Shown piece after piece: positions 16,905 to 23,814 of a DNA stretch of 32,000 nucleotides. Source of the stretch: Deltaproteobacteria bacterium. GTDB lineage: Bacteria; Desulfobacterota; Desulfuromonadia; Geobacterales; Pseudopelobacteraceae. The position numbers were made by a program, and so were the translations under genes. Where the stretch lies: NCBI GenBank assembly GCA_021780495.1, contig JAJXYO010000062.1, positions 86,302 through 118,301 of the forward strand, in the 5' to 3' direction. Under the pieces are notes generated by a model. That model was not told the origin of the DNA. It was given only the letters and a program-made list of their open reading frames with translations, and searched no databases. Numbering within the stretch: the stretch's first letter is position 1; each line of letters begins with the position of its first letter.

Positions 16905-18278
16905 CTACTGAGTCACCGCTGGATATCGGTGTCCTCCAGAATGGGACCCCCTCACCAGGTCCACAGACTCATCTTTCAACGCTGCGTCAATAACAGCATC
17001 GCAGACATCTTCAACAAAATAAGCACCATATCGTGTAAGCCGTATTGAGTCGGAATCCTGGGTGATGCACCCAAAATCACTAAGTTTCGCCAGCAACTGT
17101 CCAAAAACATCAAGAGCACATTCACCATACATACCCTGAAAGTGGTTGGTATCAAGTCCACTCTTCAGTTGCAGTCCCAGCATGAGTGTACGGTACATCC
17201 GCTCTCTCTTCGTAAGGGGGATATATCTGCCAATCGGGAGGATCCCTTTACCTATCATTCGGTTATAGGTTGAGAGATCTTCATGTTTGTCGTAGCAGAT
17301 TGTCTTGGTATAGGATCTTGTGCGCGAGCCGAAAGCAATGATAGGCATCTCATTCAACCAATGGTATCGGTAGCCCCACTGTTTGTCGTCGCTGAATCTG
17401 CCGTTTTGTTCATAGCCAAGATTCTCCATCCATTCCTGAGTGATGTACACCATTTCAAAAAGGGTATCATCCTCAACGATAAGATCAGGCCGGGCCTTAT
17501 ACAGTTTGACGACAAGCGGGTTAACAATTTCGTGCCTGATATATTCAACCGCATTCGGACGTATTTTTTCCAGAATCTCAAGATCCGTCCTCACACTTGC
17601 GATAGTCTGGCCAGGAAGTCCAGTCATCATGTCAATATTGATAGCTAAGCCATGCTTCTGCGCGGTCGTGACAATTTGTTGTATCTGGGCTGGGGTGTTA
17701 CTTCTGTTACAGTGGATGAGAATTTCAGGATCGAATGTTTGACAGCCGATACTGATTCTGTTGATGCCTATTTCAGCCAGTTCTGCTATCCGTTTTTCAC
17801 TGCTGATCGTTAAGGGATGGGCTTCAGAGGTAATATTACAATTCTCAGACAGTTCGATCGACGATCTGATTTTATCGATTACAAGCTTGAGATCACCGTT
17901 AGAAAAAGAGGTCGGCGTCCCTCCCCCGAAGTAGATGCATTTAGCCTTTTTGCCCTCAAAAAGACCATATTCCGAAAAAAACTCAATTTCCTTAAGCAAA
18001 TGTTGTAGATAATTCTGCTGGATTTCCTTATCTACTTTGAGCGGGAATGAATTACAAAAAAAGCACTCTGAAAAGCAGAATGGAAGATGGAAATAGAGAA
18101 GGATTTCTTGCTCGTCCTTGATGCTTTCTTTCAGAGTCTCGACAAATGAATCAACCTGTGAAGGGGCAAGCATCTTGAAATGATGGGGAACGAAAAGATC
18201 TGGCTGGTTTTTGGTGTAATTGGACGAACCATAGAATAATTCATTTCTGATTTTGCTCAGAGTTGCAGTAAGTTCCAT
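16905..18278 (-). CDS. HemN-family radical SAM enzyme, not a canonical coproporphyrinogen dehydrogenase (HemN-like methyl/methylene-transferase class candidate)
   Basis: 457 aa. HLPFCFSECFFCNSF (CX3CX2C, but no fourth Cys at +2) and YFGGGTPTSF. There is a HemN-type C-terminal domain region. It is convergent with 15262-16860. Confidence 0.8.
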   Translation of the reverse strand: MELTATLSKIRNELFYGSSNYTKNQPDLFVPHHFKMLAPSQVDSFVETLKESIKDEQEILLYFHLPFCFSECFFCNSFPLKVDKEIQQNYLQHLLKEIEFFSEYGLFEGKKAKCIYFGGGTPTSFSNGDLKLVIDKIRSSIELSENCNITSEAHPLTISSEKRIAELAEIGINRISIGCQTFDPEILIHCNRSNTPAQIQQIVTTAQKHGLAINIDMMTGLPGQTIASVRTDLEILEKIRPNAVEYIRHEIVNPLVVKLYKARPDLIVEDDTLFEMVYITQEWMENLGYEQNGRFSDDKQWGYRYHWLNEMPIIAFGSRTRSYTKTICYDKHEDLSTYNRMIGKGILPIGRYIPLTKRERMYRTLMLGLQLKSGLDTNHFQGMYGECALDVFGQLLAKLSDFGCITQDSDSIRLTRYGAYFVEDVCDAVIDAALKDESVDLVRGSHSGGHRYPAVTQ

Positions 18279-18408
18279 ATCTATTAATTCCTGTCAGTTG
18301 CTGCTTTCTTATAATGATCGCTGTTTAAGGTAGTTCTAAGGCTTGAAAACATTTCGGGAGTGATCACCAGTTATAAGTTTGAAAGCACTTTCTGTCAATC
18401 AGCATTTA

Positions 18409-18553
18409 AAATCCAGGTTTCATTTGACATTTCAACTTAAATTGTCAGCGAATAACAATTACGTCCCTATCAATGAATTCGGATCTGATATTGCCTTGAC
18501 GGACAAATAGTTGGATGATATTTATTAAAGATTCTAGAAATGAAATCCAGGTT
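18409..18553. repeat. Two copies of AAATCCAGGTT (18409-18419 and 18543-18553) with flanking AAATGAAA / TTTCATTT dyad symmetry
   Basis: Read directly from the sequence: aaaATCCAGGTTTCATTTGACATTTC versus AGAAATGAAATCCAGGTTC. Both copies lie in the 290-325 bp divergent intergenic region. Confidence 0.5.
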
Positions 18554-18567
18554 CAGATGGGACTACT

Positions 18568-19185
18568 GTGCGCAGCTTGCAAAGAAAATTTTACATAAAG
18601 ACCATGCTTAGAATCATCATTTACTCGATAATCCTTTTTTCATCATATCACGCATATGCTGCTGAAAACAATCGGGTCACCACGTCACCAGGAGAATTTG
18701 CCCTACTCAGTGGATATGGTATTACTCACAGGGGGTATGGAGCCACCCGGACCCAGGTGCAGACGTACGACATCATCCTCAGGTATGGTCACTTTCTCTC
18801 TGGCGAGCTCGGCACAGGTCACTGGTACCAGGGGCGGCACGAAGTGTTATTAGAGTTGCCATACCATCTTGCAGTTGACCATAACGGTCGTTCCATGGTT
18901 GGAGGAACAATTCTGGGGAGTTGGAAGTTTACGGGATCCGATCAGATTACACCATTCCTTTTCGCGGGGGGTGGAGTTCTCTTCGTTGACCTGGGATTGC
19001 CCAGTATGGGCAGCCGGCTAAATGGTAGCTACCAATTTGGTGGGGGCATCCAGCATCTCATCAACGAAAATCTGGCATTCAATGGTGAATACCGTTTCCA
19101 TCATATATCCAATCTCAATACAGCTTCACCGAATGAACCTCTCAACTCAAGTAAAGTGCTTTTCGGCTTTTCATATTTCAGATAA
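18568..19185 (+). CDS. Outer-membrane beta-barrel acyloxyacyl hydrolase / lipid A 3-O-deacylase (PagL-like)
   Basis: Signal peptide ending HAYA|AEN. Alternating beta-strand pattern with a C-terminal aromatic end (FGFSYFR). PagL-type His-x-Ser motif YRFHHISNLNTASPNEPLNS. The GTG at 18568 is preceded by GGGA. An alternative ATG lies at 18604. Confidence 0.7.
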   Translation: MRSLQRKFYIKTMLRIIIYSIILFSSYHAYAAENNRVTTSPGEFALLSGYGITHRGYGATRTQVQTYDIILRYGHFLSGELGTGHWYQGRHEVLLELPYHLAVDHNGRSMVGGTILGSWKFTGSDQITPFLFAGGGVLFVDLGLPSMGSRLNGSYQFGGGIQHLINENLAFNGEYRFHHISNLNTASPNEPLNSSKVLFGFSYFR

Positions 19186-19244
19186 ATGAGATATCATTTC
19201 AAAATCTCTACCAACTCCCAAATAGAGCCAAATCCCTTTCAAGC

Positions 19245-19976
19245 ATGAAATATTTATTCTTCATACTACTAATAACAGGAACACTTGTTTCAGGTTATGC
19301 CTCAGAAGGCCATTGCAAGACAGTGGTTTTCTTTATCGGGGGCTGGAGAATGACTCACGAACAGATGGAATCGTTCTCCAGATCGGTTCCCGATTCAAAA
19401 AAAGTCAAATTCCGTTTGCCTGAAGCCCTGTCGGAACTTGTAAGGCCATGGCATTGCGCAAATTTGGTTTATAGCTATATCAAGACAAACCATCTTTCGG
19501 AAGAGGATTTAATAATAGTTTCTTTTTCTCTTGGGGGGACGGTTGCCCAGTGGCTTTTAAGCGATCACCCGGAACTTCATGTAAAAAGGTTGATTCTGGT
19601 AGGTTCCCCGGTTGGAGGCTACAAGTTTATCCCTCCCAACAATTTTTTTTCAAACAGCTTTCCGAAGGATTTACCAATATATGTGATCGCAGGGAACAAG
19701 AGCCAGGATGTCTGGTTTCTTCGGCATGAAAATGATGGCGTGGTGGACCTTGAAAGCGCCCTCGATATACCTGATAACAATCTGAAAGATACTGCCGTTT
19801 TTTATGCCAACCACACAGAACTGGAAGAAATGCCAGAAGTACAGGCACAGATATCAACATGGCTTAATCTTCATCAAGAGCCGGAACCCAATGTTCTAGC
19901 GGTAAATAACGGACACTTGAACCCATCAACTGATGTTGACCGGATTCATCCGCTCCCCCCCGAATACCCTAATTAA
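19245..19976 (+). CDS. Secreted alpha/beta-fold hydrolase (lipase/esterase-like)
   Basis: 243 aa. Signal peptide MKYLFFILLITGTLVSGYA. Nucleophile-elbow-like SFSLGG and LVGSPVGG. Substrate unknown. Confidence 0.7.
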   Translation: MKYLFFILLITGTLVSGYASEGHCKTVVFFIGGWRMTHEQMESFSRSVPDSKKVKFRLPEALSELVRPWHCANLVYSYIKTNHLSEEDLIIVSFSLGGTVAQWLLSDHPELHVKRLILVGSPVGGYKFIPPNNFFSNSFPKDLPIYVIAGNKSQDVWFLRHENDGVVDLESALDIPDNNLKDTAVFYANHTELEEMPEVQAQISTWLNLHQEPEPNVLAVNNGHLNPSTDVDRIHPLPPEYPN

Positions 19977-20119
19977 CAGGCAGCAGTACAATCTGCAAAA
20001 CTGTCACCAGAACAGAGCTTTATGGTAGCATTGGCCTCGCAATCAAGGTATAACACACTAATATCAAGTCCGGTCACCACTGTACCCATTAGTTCATTCC
20101 ATACCAGGAGATACTCGCC

Positions 20120-20599
20120 ATGTTTGGGAAAAAAGCCTTATTGCAAGAAGCGGAGATAGCCATCAGACAACAGCAGGAACAGCTTGATCGCTATAAGCGG
20201 CAATACGAGAAGCAACAGGACTATATCGAGGGGTTATACGATGTTATTGGTGACCTGTCACGTCAGCTCGGTTCCGTGCTGAAAAAAGACAACCTTGAGC
20301 GCCTGCAGAACAACCCCTTCCTGGAAGAAAACAGCAATTTTTTTCTCGACCTGCACGCGCTTTTTAGCTCAAAAATCAAAAAAGGCCAGAACGTTACCTG
20401 TTATTTTGGAAAAGAGCTGAGCGAGATCAATCGAAAATTCCAAGAAAGGGATTTCAAAAACGGCAAATTGATACACCTGACAGAGCGCTTTACACTCGAA
20501 GATTTGCGAAAACTCTTCAAAGACTGGATGTGGAAAAAACCGCTTGAAGAAGGATTGTCAGCGATACGAAAAGAAAGAGAACTTGATTCCAACTCATGA
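20120..20599 (+). CDS. Hypothetical protein, predicted coiled-coil N-terminus
   Basis: 159 aa. AGGAGA lies 8 nt upstream of the ATG. The segment QEAEIAIRQQQEQLDRYKRQYEKQQDYIEGL is heptad-like and Q/E/K-rich. I recognised no family motif. Confidence 0.6.
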   Translation: MFGKKALLQEAEIAIRQQQEQLDRYKRQYEKQQDYIEGLYDVIGDLSRQLGSVLKKDNLERLQNNPFLEENSNFFLDLHALFSSKIKKGQNVTCYFGKELSEINRKFQERDFKNGKLIHLTERFTLEDLRKLFKDWMWKKPLEEGLSAIRKERELDSNS

Positions 20600-20637
20600 C
20601 ATTCCCACACCAATCACTGAATCTGCCGTGCCGCTGC

Positions 20638-22779
20638 CTACTTCAGACCATATAACTGCCGGTAGGTTGCAGCCGATGCATAGACCTTTTTGACGTAATC
20701 CCGCGTTTCCTGATACGGTATGCTCTCGATAAACTCATCCTTCTTCAATCCTTTCAATCCTTTTCTCCAGCGATTCACGGTAGCAGTACCAGCGTTGTAC
20801 GCAGCTATCGAGTAAACGACTTCCCCATCGAATGCTTTCAGCAAACCACGGAAATGACTCGTACCCAGTCTGATATTGTAGTCCGGAATGACGAGATTCT
20901 GAGGGTTGAACGTTCTTTTTTCACCTGAGGCGGCCTTGGCGGTAGCCGGCATCAGTTGCATCAACCCGATTGCGCCGACATGCGATTTAATCGCAGGAGA
21001 AAAACCACTCTCAGCCCGGATCAGGGCGTAGATCAAGCCTTCGGAAAGCTTATTTGTTGCAGTATACCGGGCAACCGGCGCGTTATACACCAACGGATAG
21101 CCCGCAGACCAAAGCGGCAGACTGGCGGAATCCCATTTCACCGACCGATTCTGGATAAACAGGGTTATTGCCGAACGATAGTCCTTCATCTCCAGATACG
21201 TGCGGGCCAGACCGGGAATGAGGGATTTCTTGTCACCGGCTTTTTTCCTGGCTGCCACCATTTCCGTACGAGACTCTGCCGTCATCCCCAATAACGCCAG
21301 CAGCCGGGGCTTGTCAAAACCAGTTATTCGCGGCAAATCCACGGCAGCACTGCGCGACCCCAATGGTTCACGCATATCCCTGATGCCCTTTTGATCGCGG
21401 TACCAGGTAGCATAAAATCCAGACGGGTAGCCCACCAACAATATGTGGTAATAATAATCCGCATCCCCGCTGCCGGTATTCTCCAAAGCCCGGGCCAGCC
21501 AGTAGGTGACTTTTTCCCGCATGGATTCAACCTTCAATAGCGGTTTGAACATTTCTACTGCAAGAGCATACTCACCGGCAAGATAATGGCACCAGCCGGA
21601 TTGCCATGCCGCCCTAGAAATAAATTTTGATTTGGGGAAACACGTGGCGACCTGCGCAAACAGGCGTGCCGCTTCACGATACCTACCCTGGCTCCGACGC
21701 AATCCAGCCGCTTCCATCAAGGCAACATCGGCAAATTCCTGTTTTTTACCTTCATCGGCCAAATCCATATATTGTTCATAGGCCTGCTCACTCTTGTTCT
21801 GACGTTCCAGCGTCTTGGCCAGCCAGAAACGGGCCTTGGAACCGATTCCTGGAAGCATGCTGCCGGATGCCTCAACCAGATTCTTCTCCGCCTCTTTCCA
21901 GTTTCTCAGGCCATAGCATGCCATGCCGGACCGCAGTGCAATGCGGGCAGCAATAGACGGTGTCCGCCCTTCTATGGGGATTGACCTTAGCACCAGTAGC
22001 GCGCTGGAATAGGCATGTTGGGAGGCAAGCGTCGCGGCCCGCCGGAGGAGTTCTTCAGAGGTATAGGGCAGGCTTTTTACGCCTATTTTTTCAAGCTCTT
22101 TGAGTCGTTCCCGACACTTCGACGACTGTCCTGACATAGGATTGTTCAGCCAGATCGTGCGATATATCAGAGCGCTACCATCCTTGTCACCTGTTTCCTC
22201 CCGACATCGTGCCAGCTGATAAAGAGCATCGACAGAATCGGAGCCTGCAGGATATTTTTCTACAAACACCTGATAAGCCTTGAGAGCAGCTGCATAATTA
22301 CCGGCATCATACAGTATGTCGGCATAGTATTTTTCCGCTCGGCGGATCAATAGCGATGTCGGGTATTTCTTTGCTATGGAAGCTGCTTTAGCTGCAGCTT
22401 CAGGGTATCTTTTAAGTTTCAGCAGTGCTTCGACCTGATACAGAGCGGCATAATCGCCTATAAGCGGCAGTTTTGATTCCGCTTCTGCCAGTAGTGGCAA
22501 ACTGTCACCAGCCTGATCCATACTTAGCATCGCAACACCAAGCAAAAAAGTGCGCTGTGGAGATGCTGCCGCATTCTTCGCAAGACGAGTCGCTTCAGCA
22601 TAATCCTTATTACGATATTGAGCCGCAGCCTGGTCAAGCAGGGTGTCAGCAGCAAAGGAGACAGATGCCAGAGAACAGATAAATATGATTGTTATTGTGA
22701 ATACCGACAACTTTTCAGAGAGATGCAAGATCCAACCTTCCTTTCGCAAAAATGGCCTTGGGCACACGCCTTTGGCCAT
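20638..22779 (-). CDS. Soluble lytic murein transglycosylase (Slt70-like: TPR/superhelical N-domain plus C-terminal SLT domain)
   Basis: The C-terminal SLT motifs are ALIRAESGFSPAIKSHVGAIGLMQLMPATA (catalytic Glu-Ser) and AAYNAG. The long alpha-helical repeat region is rich in A/L/Y. A likely alternative start is the TTG at 22728, preceded by AGGAAGG, which gives the signal peptide (M)HLSEKLSVFTITIIFICSLASVSFA. Confidence 0.85.
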   Translation of the reverse strand: MAKGVCPRPFLRKEGWILHLSEKLSVFTITIIFICSLASVSFAADTLLDQAAAQYRNKDYAEATRLAKNAAASPQRTFLLGVAMLSMDQAGDSLPLLAEAESKLPLIGDYAALYQVEALLKLKRYPEAAAKAASIAKKYPTSLLIRRAEKYYADILYDAGNYAAALKAYQVFVEKYPAGSDSVDALYQLARCREETGDKDGSALIYRTIWLNNPMSGQSSKCRERLKELEKIGVKSLPYTSEELLRRAATLASQHAYSSALLVLRSIPIEGRTPSIAARIALRSGMACYGLRNWKEAEKNLVEASGSMLPGIGSKARFWLAKTLERQNKSEQAYEQYMDLADEGKKQEFADVALMEAAGLRRSQGRYREAARLFAQVATCFPKSKFISRAAWQSGWCHYLAGEYALAVEMFKPLLKVESMREKVTYWLARALENTGSGDADYYYHILLVGYPSGFYATWYRDQKGIRDMREPLGSRSAAVDLPRITGFDKPRLLALLGMTAESRTEMVAARKKAGDKKSLIPGLARTYLEMKDYRSAITLFIQNRSVKWDSASLPLWSAGYPLVYNAPVARYTATNKLSEGLIYALIRAESGFSPAIKSHVGAIGLMQLMPATAKAASGEKRTFNPQNLVIPDYNIRLGTSHFRGLLKAFDGEVVYSIAAYNAGTATVNRWRKGLKGLKKDEFIESIPYQETRDYVKKVYASAATYRQLYGLK

Positions 22780-22861
22780 TACAATGATTCACTCTGTGCT
22801 CAGTGAGGATTCGGAAGCTCGTTCATCAGCTTAAATACATTCACAGGGTATCTGCGTCGCG

Positions 22862-23122
22862 TCACCACTTTCTCTTAGCCAACTCTTCCTGATAATACTT
22901 ATGATACAGGATATCCCAGTCTCGACTGCCGGGAACTTTTGTCTTCAGTTTGACACGTACCGTCTCTTCAATTTCATCTGCTACATGAAAATAAGCGGCC
23001 AACGACTCTTTGATACGTTCCAGAGCACGCCGTTCATCAGTCCAGTCTGCCAGATCGTCGCGCCAGATGCGCTCCATGATCTTGTGAGCCAGATGGGATA
23101 CCCGGTCTTCAGAGATACTCAT
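22862..23122 (-). CDS. Small conserved hypothetical protein (possibly DUF507 family), paralogue B
   Basis: 86 aa. GAGGGA overlaps the upstream stop 7 nt before the ATG. It shares an N-terminal pattern with its neighbour (SEDRVSHLAHKIMERI versus KEEQIQRLSEKVYNDL) and a basic C-terminus (ELAKRKW versus RLAKERKI). The DUF507 label is from memory. Confidence 0.65.
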   Translation of the reverse strand: MSISEDRVSHLAHKIMERIWRDDLADWTDERRALERIKESLAAYFHVADEIEETVRVKLKTKVPGSRDWDILYHKYYQEELAKRKW

Positions 23123-23129
23123 AGGTCCC

Positions 23130-23417
23130 TCATAATACGATCTTCCGCTCTTTTGCCAGCCTGTCCTTGATCATTCTGAGCATCTTGCGGCGGTCGATAT
23201 CAGCGGTAGCGCGACCCAGTCCAGCGATGGTCTCATTCAGCAGCCGTTCAGCATCACGCTCCAGTGCTTGCTCACCGGACATATCCAGAGAAATGGCTTT
23301 CGATATCCCTTCAACAACGGCTCCTCGTTCGCGGCGAGGCGTTATCAGGCCGGCAGCGGACAGATCGTTGTAGACCTTCTCGGACAAGCGCTGTATCTGT
23401 TCTTCTTTTAATCGCAT
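23130..23417 (-). CDS. Small conserved hypothetical protein (possibly DUF507 family), paralogue A
   Basis: 95 aa, helical and charged. It sits in tandem with 22862-23122, separated by 7 nt. Confidence 0.65.
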   Translation of the reverse strand: MRLKEEQIQRLSEKVYNDLSAAGLITPRRERGAVVEGISKAISLDMSGEQALERDAERLLNETIAGLGRATADIDRRKMLRMIKDRLAKERKIVL

Positions 23418-23814
23418 GGAGCCTCAAATCAATAAGACCGCCTTCCGGCAGGCCTTTTGCAATGCCTCGAACTGATTAATTTGCCTCTATCTGAAATTCC
23501 GTTATTTTACCTGTTCCAGTTTAAATTGCAATCCAGAACATCACAAAAACACTAATATCCTTGAATTGTTATAAACACTCCCTGTTTATGTAAATTCGGG
23601 ATCGGATTGGTGATTGCCAGTCTTTGAGGACTGTTGTTAACGACGATGCCGGCCGTGCCCGGCAATAGTCACATAAATTAAGTTGATTACAACGTAAGTT
23701 ATCCCGATGGTGTCAATTCTGTAGCGCTAGCAAACGTATTATGATTAGATGAAGAAACCGGCTCAATGCCGTTAGCGTATCGTTCTTAGTGCAGTTGTCA
23801 ATAAAAGGTACATA

